Assembly: GCA_965285935.1 (NCBI GenBank)
Contig: OZ260666.1
Span: 64,914,001 to 64,978,000 of the forward strand
Origin: Ophelia neglecta
Lineage: Eukaryota
Direction of reading: 5' to 3'
Length of the DNA: 64,000 bases
Part shown: in pieces, positions 1 to 13,800 of the stretch
Layout of the letters: each line of letters opens with the position of its first letter
Position numbering within the stretch: position 1 is the stretch's first letter
Translations under genes and position numbers: made by a program
Notes under the pieces: model-generated
Told to the model about the DNA's origin: nothing
Seen by the model: only the letters and a program-made list of their open reading frames with translations
Database searches by the model: none

Positions 1-1950
1 CTGGCTGTAACCATTGCCCAAACAAGCGATTACCCCGCTCTTGAAACAAAAGTCTCTTTTTGAAGTCCGCCGTTCTAGAAATCCTAGCATATCAGGGGTC
101 TTGTTAAAAAATATTGGGTTATAACCTTCCCATTCGCAAAACACTGCTCTATCTTGTCCTTAGGCTTTGATATCCTAGGGTTTTGGGACCCCTTAGCCAA
201 GGGAGTTAATCATTTTATAGGTATATGTTACTAAAATGGGTTAATAATAATGTATTGCTACAAATGATTTGTTTCTTCACATAGGACATCACCATCTTCA
301 TGTCAATGGAATTAAGGGATTTTCTCGTCTATGGACCATGGAAAAAAATAATTACAGAGCCCAAGCTACATTCTTACCCATTTTTTCTAGGTCTTGGTCT
401 TTCCCAGCAACAACATTTCCAAAGATATGCTCAAAACAATCAATGCATTCCGCAGTTGGTCCATATTTTTAAGACTTATGTTCATTTGCAGAAGTTTTTG
501 CCCAGGAGTGCTTGGATATATATAGTCAATGACTGGAATTAACACCCAGAGCAATGCTTTATCTTCCTCCCTGTTTGGTAGATCTTTTCAGTGGTAGGAC
601 ATACAAACGGGAATCAAGCATTCAATCTGTGTAGCTTGACTCACAGTTTGTGGTGTCTTTTTCTAAATCTGTAATTGTGTGCCTATATCTTTCTTCGTTA
701 TATCCGAGTTATAAAAGGGTCATATTTCACGCTGGTACCCTGATCCTTGGTCTTCTTTCTCAGCAGATAGATAAGCTGGTCCAGAATGTATGAAGATTTT
801 TTTTCCAGACAGCCACTTATCTATTCCTTTATTGCGATAATATTTGCTCGAGGCTTGTTGCCTGTCACATTCGGCATGCTCAATCCTTTTTCTACAATCC
901 GTTTAAAAATATATATTTCAATGGACTAATTGGTTTCTGAAACCCAGGAATCTTTTGATATTTGGGATGGTACATTAAAAATGTTTATCATGCGCATTTT
1001 AGCCAAAATAGACATTAAATTCGGGGAAACATCTGACACTTGGAGCATATCCCTCTTATCGATTGGGCGGTCAATGGTCATAACCTATCTAACTATGGCA
1101 CCCGCTGTCTATTACCAATGCCTTCAAGGGTCATCAGCTGTGCTGTGTTTAAAAACATTAACTCGGTCAATCTGTGAACAAATACCTACTAAATATGTCC
1201 AGTGTGTTGTGTATAATACCTCGGTTAATAACCAGCAGAGCGCTAGCTAAAAGTTAACGAGCCCATGTGGTTATGATAAATACCCCAAAACAATACAACT
1301 TTTTTTCAGAATATAAGGCCAACTTTAGCGCGTCACCAACCATGAACAGTGTTTACATGAAGCTTAACCTACTCGATAACTGTAACGGATAACAATACGT
1401 CCTTGACCAATACCGGGTCAAGGTGATGTTCGCGTGATACTCGCTGTATAAATCGTTCCTGGTGGTAGATAAATTAACAATAGAAGAATGATGACGAGAA
1501 TTCTTAGCACCGCTTATTAACTTATTAAGGGTCTCACTCACCCTGGAAATGTTAATCAACTTAAACTTAATGCCAGACTATAGCCTAACATTAAATCAGT
1601 ATATCGCCTTATCAGAAACTTATTTACACAGTCGCAGCTAATGGAGTGTCCTTTGGAATGTATCCAAGTCTTTATTAGTCAACAAACAAAGCCTTAATTA
1701 CAAATGGTCAGCAAGGGATCATGCACAGATTTACTCCTCGTAAATCGTCATATAAATTAATCAATAATAAAAGGCAATGGTACCTGGAAGAGCAAATAAC
1801 AGTCAGCACAAACAAAAGCCAATTAATTATACAATCAAGAAAAAAACAGGTTGGAAACCCGGCAGACAAAGCCAGATCTTTAATTAAAAACGGTACTCTA
1901 AATCTGTCCAAAATCATCAGGAACTAGCAGCTACAGCCCCACACACATCA
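1..1950 (-). mobile_element. Highly decayed non-LTR retrotransposon (L1/Tx1-like) remnant
   Basis: Ordered but degenerate RT-like fragments on the minus strand: 'FQPVFFL' (~1840), 'LFVD-NKDLDT' (~1660-1690), the YADD-like 'SEYHANITL' (~1420-1445), 'IKRFLG' (~945-960) and 'EKGLSMPN' (~870-895). These are weak, by-eye matches. Confidence 0.35.
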
Positions 1951-4049
1951 ATACATCAATTTCTAGCTCCCAAACAGTAAAGAAACAAGTATCAGATAAA
2001 ACATTCTATTTCAACAACGGATATCACTTGCAATAAGAGGTACGCATATATTTTCCAAAACGCAAGATATATGCAACAATGACAAGAAACAATAGAAATT
2101 ATAAATAACAAAAAGTGCTGCAAACGTCTGGAATGACTATTTCAAATCCAAAAAAATGCACACTAAAATACTAACAAGACACGAAGCCGATTGCAATCGA
2201 AAGAGAGAACGAAATGGTTAACTAATTTTGACAATAATAAGCGAAAAATTGCACCAATATCGACCAAAAAGTTCAGGTGCAGATTCAGTCTACAGGTGCC
2301 GATGGCAAATGGCTACCTGCACTGGTAATACAGGTTCGGCATCAATTTGTGAATATGCTTCTGTCTCCATTATCGTGCCCGAGGCCTTGTTCTTTCTTTA
2401 CAAACAGATGCACGAAATATACCGATTTGTAGTATTTTTAATTAGATGTTGACTTTCAAATCAGTGCAGTATTAGTACACATAGAATAAATGTTAAACCG
2501 CCACTAGTTAACTTGAGAAAAAGTGGGCGGCTTCCTCAGATCTCTCTCGTCTCGTCTACCTTATCGTTTACAACGGGACCCTCCCGTAGCAGACGATGCT
2601 AGAAAATACAATAGCACGATTGACATGATTTGTAGAAGTTCGTATCATTTCCCCGGAGCCCGTAAAGTCTGTGAACGGATGACTCATTTATCGTGAAGTC
2701 CCGTCGAAGGTAATCATGCTTGAGTGCAACGAAATATGTTTGACCATACACGATTCGTCGCAAGCGTCAGGTACACATTTTGGCCGAGGTGACGTCGTCT
2801 CCCTGACTTTTCGTTCACTACACTTGTCATGTTGAAATTAGTTCCCGAATTTGATCATTTCATCTTCAATCATTATGTCAGTGAGAATATTTTTCAACAA
2901 AAAGATCTTTGTCGGCATCACAATCTTAGACCCCAATGCAATTCATTCTTATTTCTTTCAATGACATTTACCAGCGAAGCAAGTCCATCCCGACATACAT
3001 GATCTCCTGAGACGTTTTGTGCCAACTTTGTTGTCCACCCTTGAGCATGTACATTCGTATTTAACTTTCGCTAGTAAACTTTGAAAAGCCAGCTTTTTCA
3101 ATATTTCACAGTGTTTAGTGTACCTTGAACATGTACCTTGCAATTTAATTCAATTACGCGTTCCCATTACATGGGTTATGTAGATTCCTTTCCCCAGCAT
3201 CCCCTACCCACTCCCAATATTCGATAACAGACAACAAAGAAACAAAAAGAAAATAAGGAATAAAGCTATAAATAGTTAATTATCTTATAGTTAGGAAAAG
3301 TATACCAGATTCATATGACTTCAAACCAATGTTTTGTTTGAAACTTCGCCACATACAAATATATTTCTTAGAGCCAGTTCAGTATATAGCTAGACAATCA
3401 TGCAGTAGTATGACACCATCCTTGCTCATGTATTCCACATAGCGCATCAAATGAATAGGGTGCAAATGACATAAATTAATCTTTTAATATCTAGACCAAC
3501 ATTTCCATTTTTTTAAATGAAATTATTAAGAACTGTTCAATGCTGTAAGATTTTCCTTTTTTTATTTAATGCGACAAATAATAAAATAAATAGACTAGTT
3601 ATCCGAAACCTACGCCATGTTGGTAATGGAGACCCAATTTAGGAATGCAGAAAGAGTCGCCTCAAACTTATTTATACAATGTTACTTGACTACAATGAAT
3701 TTAAAAAGATGGCTTTCCATCTATTCTTATCAATACAGTTTATAGAAACATGTCAGGGAATGTTAAGGACACTGTTTAACACTAGTAAATATATATAGTG
3801 AAATCTACCTTAAAGACTACCTCTATATTATGTCCACTTGTCAATTCAGACCAATCATGTTAATACAATATTTTAAACTGTCAGTGTTAAATATCCTGCC
3901 TTATCGTTTCCTTCAATTCACAGGTTCTATAGTTCTTTTCTCTTTGCGTAATGCGACATGACATGTTTACTGTGAGAAATTCACTACCTGCCTTGACTAT
4001 GTGTCGGCGCCTCAGCCTCCCCCTTCATATCATCTGAAGACCTTTCAGT

Positions 4050-5350
4050 TTCACCACAACAGAGAAGCCATATTTATATGGCCTTTGTGACAATTCTTGC
4101 CAATTCACTGCGGGCCTCCTGGATAACAATATTGACTATGAATGGATAGGTGTTTAGTCTGTTTTCGAAGAAGAGCATGTTGTGTGATGTCCAAGCCAAA
4201 GTATACAGTTGGAGATGGGTTCAGGTCAGCTCGGTCGACAACCTTTGTTAGTTGCTGGGGTGTTTAGAGGGATATGGTAATTCGACATCTGGTTAATTTT
4301 TTGGTGAGGATTTATTCTATACACATTTTATTTAACCGAGGGCATGTCATAGCTTAAAACATTAAAAATAACGTCACTTGCTACGTTTCTCATAAACAGG
4401 GAATTGCTATGTGCATTAGTTATAGGGACTGACACTTAGAATTAAAATGTAATCGTTCAATTTCAGATTTTTGAATTGCGATGGATCATGAACGACTGTG
4501 ATACTACTTAGTTTACCCACTTGCTAACATTTGAATGCAATATTACCGCGCTGATAAGTTTTGCAAGTTTGTGTTTCTACTGGCTATTCTACCATGGATA
4601 AAAACTTGTTAGATACAAAATGTTGAGTGTCAAGGTCGTTTATGATATCCGATGTTCTGTCTACGCACATTGGCTTTCAAAGGATTGACCTCGGTCATTC
4701 TAACCTTTACCTTTGGGATCACCACCGTATAACCGCAACGATTAGTTGCCTTGGACACTTGTAAATTCGCTGATCAATTCAAACGGTAATGATTCCAATC
4801 CAAATTAATCGTTATTTATTATTCTATACCAGGTTAATGACCATATAATTGTTATAGTTCGTTGCTAAATGTCAGTTCTATAACATTAAGTCTTGATAGA
4901 TATTATGGTACGTAATCCGATTGACCCTTCCAACAGATTGTCTGTCATGCGATTAGCTCAGCAATTATATAGCATGAGTATGTCTTTATTACAAGGTTTG
5001 CTAATTATCTATATTTTAGGAACCTCAAATATAGACAATGTTATAAAGTGTTGTGTTATGGTAGGAAAAGGACTCCAGTGTAAATGTTGTTCCGATTGAA
5101 CTTTCGCACAGATTGTGTTACTAATGATCGAGTTTCGAGTGTTTCGAGTATGAAATGTTGAGTTTTGAATATGATACCTAGATTATGTATGTTTAATGTG
5201 GAGATTGTGACTTCGAGCCTGGTTTTAAATGTGATTTACCCGAGATATGATGTCTATCCTCGCCAAAGTTCCATCGGCTCTTCCTGTTTTATATTTGTTA
5301 AGACAGCGTTCTTGAATTGCAGTATTATCTTATCAGTCTCTTATTAGACC
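4050..5350 (-). mobile_element. Highly decayed non-LTR retrotransposon (RTE-like) reverse transcriptase remnant
   Basis: Frameshifted minus-strand fragments occur in the expected order: 'FEVPK' (~5020), 'LLEGSIGLR' (~4910-4940), an ADDIAL-like 'A-NIAF' (~4535-4550), and the RTE-type C-terminal 'LWLGH' (~4185-4200) then 'RPAVNWQE' (~4095-4120). There are many stops. Confidence 0.45.
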
Positions 5351-7419
5351 TGTTGGGCAGTGTCCCTTTTAATTGTTACAATGAAATGACACAAATCTCG
5401 GTTTGGTGGTGCGCACGCGTTTTACTGTGTATTATATACATCATATAAGCATTTAGCTTGTTTCTGGCTGTGTTTTGACCTTAGATCAAATCAATTGTTG
5501 ACCCCTCTAGCCTTTGAAACTGGTGCTATTCCTCCAGTGGTAAGTAAGGGAGCTGATTTGATTGTGTTTAAAGTAGGGTTTCTTAATATTAATACATGAA
5601 ACGAACACCCATCGTAGCTGAAGTTTTCTTGTAGGCATAATATAGGCAACACAAAAGTTGATATTAAGTCAGTTAAGAAGGACCGAGTTTGTCCCGAAGA
5701 AATCTCCGATAACAGCGAAAAAACAAGCCAATCGAACTGGTGATCTGACAAGGCTAATATATTCCCATTCATGGTTAATACACGAGTTTTACACTTTTTT
5801 CTATAAAAATGTTATTATTGAAATCCCCAGCGAAATAAAAAGTACTTTTCTCTTGTCGAGGATTAGTTAACAAATAAGGTTGTAAAGAGTAATGTATTGG
5901 AAAGTAGAAATTTCACTTAAGTATTGCCTGCTCAATAAACCATAGCACTGATTGTATTTTTTCGAAACTTATTTGGTCTTCAGAATAATTCAATGATTTT
6001 TTTTTGCTTTATCTTCAAAACTTTTTTTTTAAATGAGCAAAACCAAGGATCAGGATCGGCATTACAAATAGGCAAATCATCCGCAATATAAGTTTATAGA
6101 TTATGAGAGATGGACCACTTTTCAACACCCAGCGCTCTGATAGTATATCCTTAAAATCATTTTTATCGATAATGTGGTTAAAAAAGAACTTATACTTTGA
6201 ATATAGAGGGAGTACCATTTTTGTTGACCCATCCCACATTGTATTTTAAACTATAACATTAAATACTCACATGCCATGACAATATTTAGCACACAATAAA
6301 AACGATACCGAGTATTGTTATTATATGTGTAACAAATGTTTAAAAAAAACCCGAACAACAAATTGTTTCAAGCACTTCTTGTCAATTTTTGATATTATTC
6401 AGAATGCAACATCTACTGCTGTTTTTGTGAGGCCCAATGGCTATAGTACTGAATACCACATACCAGTTATGAACAATCCAACTAGAGATGTAAAAAATGG
6501 CTTGCTGCTTAATATTTCATATGAAGTAGATAAAGAAGTCTGAAATTTGAACATGGTTAACCCATGATTTCTTGTTTCAAAACATACTTTTTATTTACAA
6601 AATAAAGTGGTAAGTAAAACTTCTGTATTAACAGAAAGTCATGTGTACAGATAGTCTCGGAGCGCCTGTCTTTGTTGTATTGAACGTGATTTATTTATAA
6701 TCACTGTTATGAAAACCTATTTAGCTATTTTGGACCATAACTTAGTTAACACGAAATATCTGAGATGCAAACTTAAATGTTTATGCCATGAGCCTTAGTC
6801 AATAACATATCAGCTTACTCTACAAACCTCATTATAGCTATAAAAAAAAGAAGCATAATCGTTGTATATCAACTTAGGTATGTCGTGCACGTGTCTCTTC
6901 ACTGCTGGTATGCAAGAAGCATTATGAGTCGGCCCTCGGCGGGGCAGTTCGCCGTAGCCAAGGGAGACGACATCAAGTGAAGCGTTGAGAAGCGATTATT
7001 TCCATAATTAATTACGGCCTCTGTGGTATCAATTTCATGAATATATAACACAATGCCATCAGATCTCTTTATTACCCGAAAACATTTTCGGGAGCACAGG
7101 CGGTATTGCAAGGTCCCATAATTTCAGTATAGGACTCATAGGGTGATATGTCACTCGAAAAGAGGTGGGGGTGCCCCCTTTGTAAGCAGACATTGGCATT
7201 ACAGAAAGGAGTTTGACTTGAACAAATGGGCAGAAAGGTATTTATTATTTTACATGTTAGGCTGTACCGACAGCCTGACCGTCTGTGCCAGTCTTGAACT
7301 AAACCAGGCTCACCAACTAGCTCTTCATAAACCTGGCAGGTCGCATTAACAAACAGAAACAACCCCCAATCTGGACTTACCAAGCTGATTCAGGCTGTTA
7401 ATCGATCTGCATTAACCTC

Positions 7420-7935
7420 GCCCGTGGACAGACCAACTGGCCTAGACGAGTCGTCAGTGCACGAAAGCTACCGAATGCAACAACTTGTAAAGACTTGTCA
7501 GACATTCCGAAGAAACCAATTGTCAACACTAATCACCAACCTGGACTTATTAACCCAACTGGACTTGCCATCTGAACCAGGACTATCCAGGTCATCCACG
7601 GATCAACTGAAGTTGAATCAACTAACACAACTGGACGGATCAACAGAGGATGAACCAACCAAGTCAACTTTACTGGACTTGTTGAGGCAGGATCAACTAT
7701 TCTTACTGACTGACTGATCAACTGAGGCTTGACCAACCTACCCAACGAGCTGTTCAACTGAGATTGGAGCAACAGACCCAACTGGGCTGATCAGTCTGGA
7801 CCAATCACCACAAATGGGCTGATTGATTGAGTCTTGGCCATCCGATCTAACTAGACTGGTCAACTGCATGGGCTAGGCAGGACCAACCAACCAAACTGGG
7901 CTGATCAACTGAAACTGGATAAACCAAAGCAACTA
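7420..7935. repeat. Degenerate tandem/low-complexity repeat built on CAACTGG(A/G)CTGATCAACTGA motifs
   Basis: Many recurrences of caactg, ctggac and gatcaactga over about 500 bp. I could not resolve a clean period by eye. Confidence 0.6.
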
Positions 7936-9208
7936 TAATGTTCATGCGAACATTTCACGTATTACAATATTTTTTTCTCCACATGTAGATGAGATTTCTG
8001 ATCTTGATGACACCATCCACAGTAGTCACATAGCTGAACTATCATAACCTGGCTATCATTGAAACACTGTTTTTACTTTTCGGCAATAATTCTAAAAATT
8101 ACAACAGGGGGGGGGGGTATGGGGGTTATGTTGTTTACTAGGAATAATTGTTAAATGTTAATCAGTATACTCACCAAAAGTTACTACTGTGAACTGTATA
8201 TAGGCATAGAGTGTTAAGTTTTTAATACAACTTAATTGTTAGGATAAAAATAGGCGCACATAGATATGAATACTGTGACTTAGCTTAGCACACTTTTAAA
8301 ATAATTGGAAATATAGGTGCTCTTGTGTATTGATATATTGAGCACACGAGAAAGGAAAATCAAAAAAGGTAAAGAATTAACAAGTGAGTCCGAAATGTTA
8401 ACAGATGAGTCAGAAATGTTAAAAAGTAACGTCGGCCGCACATTCAATGCATTTGTATTTAGCAGAATTGACTATGGGATTAATTATAATGTTTATGCTA
8501 GACTGTGTTTTAATACGAACCCGATCTGTTAGCATATGTGCTCTTCCTCCTTACTTTTAAGTTCATTGAAGATATTTGCCAACCCAACCCCAACCCCCAA
8601 CCCCAACGGGCATTTTTCCGGAACCCAGAAATATTTACTAAAACAGGGAGTTCCGCGGTTATGCTAGCCATGTGTGATGGATCTTTAATGAGCCTAGGTT
8701 ATACTCGGGATCAGCATGGGTGCCTTCAATCAGCCATACCTCGCATATATGTTTAACAAAATTGGACTACATTAGGCACTAACACTCAAACAATTTCAGA
8801 TTAACTAAATGACACACTAAGTATATTGAAATAGGGACCACTGGGAGTCGTGAAGATCGGAATGATGATAATCTGGGCATGCGCGGCCGCACGCAGATAT
8901 CCAGTAATCTGGAGTTAACAGCGCGCCTCCTGGGTATCGAACGCATCACTCCTAAGGTCATGGCCAGTTAGCTCCCTCAAATCACCTTCCTAAATACAGT
9001 ATTTAATTAAACTATTTTCGCCATATGCTCTTTGACGTGTTTGCATCAATCTGGGGTTGCCATCGAGGCCATGTTGAGATGAAGTCGGTCGGCATTGATT
9101 GAGTTGAACGGGAAGATAACCACTGGCATTATCTGCCGCGTGACTAAATCATTACACGCTATCGCAGCCTACCGATAAGGCCAGTAGCTGTAGTGTCACA
9201 TGTTCCTA

Positions 9209-9224
9209 CCGTGAGGGGGCGCTA
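9209..9224 (+). promoter_or_regulatory. CTCF-like motif
   Basis: CCGTGAGGGGGCGCTA matches the CCACCAGGGGGCGCTA core at 13/16 positions, about 1.45 kb upstream of the predicted FxRIamide TSS. Confidence 0.3.
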
Positions 9225-10608
9225 GAGGTCACAGGTCACTTCCACTAATGCACTACATAGGCAATGCTTTCAGATGCTGTCGTATCTGCGATTAGGTCTA
9301 CTATAATATTCCTTATTCCTAAGTGCATTTTATATTTCTACGAAACTAGAAATACATTCTCCTCGTACAGCACAATTAAAGGTTTCAAGCCCCATCCTAC
9401 AACAATTTTGATGCGTTTATAAAATTTTCACTAGAAGCACATTTGCGTCAATAAAAACATGAACGATAGAAAGATAGATGTTTATTTAATAACAGCTGGG
9501 GGACTCCACCAATCAATGCTCCACAAGTCGTCTTTTTTTTAAGCATCCTTTGTTTTGAATACGTTCCTTTTTGGTCCTGTTTGACTGAGGGAACGCCCCA
9601 GACACATCGGGGCTATTTTTTGAATGGCATTTACAAATACTTTTGTTATATGTCAGTGGTTATAACAATTCTCTTGGGTAGCATGGTCGCCAGTAAACGT
9701 TGTCTATCGTCGTCACTTTACCCTTGATGAAGTCAACTAGGGAAGGAGCAATGAGAGAATCTTTCCCATGGTAAGGGCAGGTTGTTATGAGCACTGTCCA
9801 AAATTATGAGCAAATTGTCGAATGTGGAAAAATGTCAATGTCTCTTGGTCGCATTGTCATTATTGAAATGTTCGTCACTATAAGCATATTAGGTAAGCAG
9901 CCTTATTCTTTATTCTGAATAATCACCCTTCTTCACGCAGATGCTCTGTCGTAAGCTTTCGACTTAATATCTATACGCGCCGCGCCACAAACTAGCCGAC
10001 CGGAAATTAGACTTTGAAGAGCAACGTGTGAAATAAGACGAAGAGTGGACCCATTTATAACCGATGTCAAAATAGCTGATGAGGTGAGCTTTAATTATCC
10101 CCACTTTTATCGAAATTCATTAATGATGTTGTGCAATTTAAGTTCGCAGTGTGTATGCCTGGTTAATTACTGTTTTACTTGATGACTTCCACCTACATGT
10201 CATACTTCATAACTGATATACGCTGGCTTAATATGTTTTATGGTGTCAGTGGCTGTGGCAGGATTTCGGAACATTTTCTAATTATCTAGACAAAATATTC
10301 CTACGCATTAGTCAGAAGACAAATAGGGTTTGTCCCGAACTGGCGTAATGATCGGAATGGGAGACTTTAGTACTGATTGAGTAGATAACCAGCTCGACAT
10401 CGATGAAGTGGCTATACTTGACACGCCCCCGCTCCCACCCTACCGCAAACTCCTACTAGCCGTCCCATCAACATCAGACACCTTATTTATGATTAAATCC
10501 ACATTCTATTTGCCGCCAATGTAAATTATCCATTCGCATCGCGTCTAAGATTAAAAGGCATCAATTATTTACAGCATTCTCTTCATTGCCGACCCTTTGC
10601 GGCATCGT

Positions 10609-10683
10609 GATTGGCGGGAGCCGAATTACGCACGTGGCTCGGCGTATATATCGCTCCGCGCTTGGCTGAAGCAGGCGACATTC
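10609..10683 (+). promoter_or_regulatory. Candidate core promoter of the FxRIamide gene
   Basis: A locally CpG-rich patch contains an inverted CCAAT (ATTGG 10610-10614), an E-box CACGTG (10631-10636), a TATA-like TATATAT (10645-10651) and an Inr-like ACATTC about 30 bp downstream. The GTAAGT donor follows about 155 bp later. Confidence 0.6.
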
Positions 10684-10828
10684 AAACACGGAGCCCAAGA
10701 GAGAGACCTTTAGTTATCTTGGAATCGTTAATTTGCTGTGAACGTCATCTGACACAGTCCATATTTGCGGCTAGAGGGGAAGTCAGTTTTCGGCTACTAG
10801 CCGCCACCACTCCAGAGACACGGCCAAT

Positions 10829-10834
10829 ATGCAG
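10829..10834 (+). CDS. FVRIa: Predicted first coding codons (Met-Gln) of the FxRIamide precursor at the end of exon 1 (exon 1 ~10679-10834)
   Basis: The sequence is ccaatATGCAG|GTAAGT, a perfect donor at 10835 with A at -3. A phase-0 join to 17072 gives MQVTMANIPLL... (407 aa) across a 6237-bp intron. Confidence 0.7.
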
Positions 10835-13800
10835 GTAAGTTGTCAGCTTTCAACTTTGGAATCCTTAAATATTTGGTCTGTCAACTTCTTATGGCTTCGG
10901 AGTTGCTTCGGAAGTTGTACCCGTCAAAAGTGAGTGGCGAACACTTTTCCTTCACTGGCGGAGTTTCCGACAGCATATTGGAACATCTGAAAATACTGGC
11001 AGATGTTCAATAATTTTCGGTGTTGCGACATGTTAATAAATTGAAATGCTTTGAAACAGATTTCTAAACAAATTCTCGGTTCATAGAGGATGGAGACAAA
11101 CGCATGTATCTCAATTCTAAAAAAGGCAGAATAGTATATTACAAATCTGACTAATGTGCAGAAATTGCTCAAGGTCAGCATGCGGAGAGTTGTAATTGTA
11201 CTTTGAGACAATTTTTAATGGCATATTAGAAAAAGATAGTAATGCAGGTTGCCAGTGAGAACGAAATGCGCGTTAATTTGATATGAAACTATTTTGTCTA
11301 ACGAATGGTTTAAATAAATGAATTTCTGTAATAATTTTCTATAACCATTCTTTAGTTAGTCCTTTTTAAGGGATGAAATAAAATGACGGTTAAGATCAAT
11401 TAATAGTTTAATATGGTAATGGGAAACGGTGTAGCAGTAATTCACATGTATTTTTATCGAACCTCGCGAATTGTCCTAAAGCATAGAGAGCGTTGTACAT
11501 TCCTTTGTGGACCTTACCAGAGTTTCTCGGACACCGGGTTGCTAAGGGCGGTCTGTTGCCGCCTGGTAAGCATTCGTACTTACCTAATCGATTCGGTGGT
11601 GCCATAGGGTGTTCCCGAAATTAACACTTAATGTGAGAACATTTTCACAATCGCCAACCGTCGTCTCGGTTTGACCCTCTTCTGCCTTTATTGACCCGAT
11701 TCCATTGCGCTATCGAGCCGAGTTTTATTATACCAAAAACTGACCGCAGACTTTATTATTACGACGTAGAGAAGAACATTAAAAACCTCACCCTGTCTTT
11801 ATTACTACTCTATAGGCCAGAGACAGCTCCGGCTTTCCCTCCAAGTTTATTCCGATTAATCATTTAACTATCTCAAGGGTTTATTTGTCTCTGAGAGGGC
11901 CTTTTTGTCTTAACAAGGCAAATTAACGGTGGTAAAGGCATAACAGCATAGAATGGCGTAGGTAGAATTTATCATGTCTCATTTAAATCAGCATAGGTCG
12001 GTAGCGTTTGGGTATGGGGGCAAGAATGTCGGTGGGAGGGGGGGGGGGGATAGATAGCAGCGGCCTTCGTGTGTTAACTAGCAAGTGGCAAATTGGTCTT
12101 TCCTGAAGAAAAGCGCACACACTCACAATAATTTAATAAAAGCATCATATATCAATGAAAACAAAAGTATTCTGTTTTAGTTGTTTCCAAAAAAAAAACA
12201 AATTAAAGGTTTAAAAATCTTCAGCCGATCGAATTATTAAGGCTACTGATAATTGATTCCAAACAGAAGAAAAGCGTTAATTTATTAAGTTCAATGAATA
12301 CCAATTTATCCACTAGTTGTGTCAAAACGAAGTTTTGGATTGAATCACCGTTTTCTGTACTATACGAAAATTCATCGGGATCTTCCAATAGTGAGTCGCG
12401 GTCGCTATTGCTTGGTCCGATTGTAGCAGCAGTTATAGGCTATTTAGGCACCTTAAAAGACATCTTAACACCAATTTACACTTTCCTAAAGGGAAAGTCT
12501 TGTTCTTAGTCAAGAGATGTCACCGACGATAATCTATCAGGGCTAATGATGTATACGAAACATGGGTGAGCTCCCAAAATGTGGACAAAATGAGTTGTAG
12601 CGCAAGTGCATTATCAAGCCCTTTATATTCGAGCCCCAAGGAACACACTCTGCTAACCATGTCCGAACCACCTTGTCACTTTTTAAAGCAGATTGCTGTG
12701 ACAAATGATGGAGTAGTTGCTGGCTTTTAAACTACAGAAATAAGAAGCACAGCCAAGTGTTAGTTTTACAGCACACATGCATGCACACACAGAAACCTCC
12801 AGTAGTTATTTTTTTCATGCCAGTGCATGTATATATAGTAAACCGTCCTTTAATTGTAGATTTGTTTAGGGAATAAGAGACTTAACGTTTTTAGCAATGC
12901 AGACGCCAGGTGTGTAAAATATTCCTTTGTTAATGCAATAGAAAACATAGATTGAATTTATAAAGGTTAAGCTTGCGACGAAGGTGTATCCCAGGGCAGT
13001 TTGATAGCCTGCCCTCCAACAGAATGGCGGTACTTTTGCCGAAGTCAAATTCTCGCTAGTTTGTTTGCAGGATGGCCATAATTGGCCATATATGCCAAGA
13101 CGGCGTTCCAGCTAAGCTAATATTCGCAGAGGTTTCTGTCTCGTGCCTGGTACCTATCTAACCTTTCATATATGGTGTCATGCTTTAATACAGTGATTTG
13201 TTAAATGAGAGAATTTAGTGACAGTCAAGTAACACAAGTGTCATACAATCATGCAGAACAAGTAAGATAATAATTCAACATTTAATGTTCCTGTACATTC
13301 TGCAACTTGGCGTCTGTCAGTCATTCCCATGGAGCAGTGCGCATTTTACATCCATTAGTGAACATAAATGGTGAAAACAAAAACATGTCAACTTGTTTGG
13401 AGCCGACAGACGCACCCTCTTATGAATATTGAATATAGTATACAATGTTTAATCTAATGGATGGCTTCTTTGTACGCACAAACTTAAAAAACAAACAGTA
13501 AAACCTGTGAAAAAGTGGGAGGGGGGAAGGGGGGGGTCAGTGTCCGCTTCCCGCCCGTCCTTGTGAAGGAACTGCCTTTTGTTGTGGACCTGAGGACGAT
13601 ATCAGTCAATATAGTGGTCTGTGCCCTATAGGGCTATCCTCCTCTTAAAAGCCGGCCGACTGGCACGAATATCTTTATCTCTTTGTCACAGGCCCCGAGA
13701 CAGGGTTTGCTCCTCTTCGTGCCCTTGGGAGGTCAGCGTTACTTTGATGTTACAACAACCATGAAAAGTACCCCAATTGAAATCAGAAGCGAATCATTTT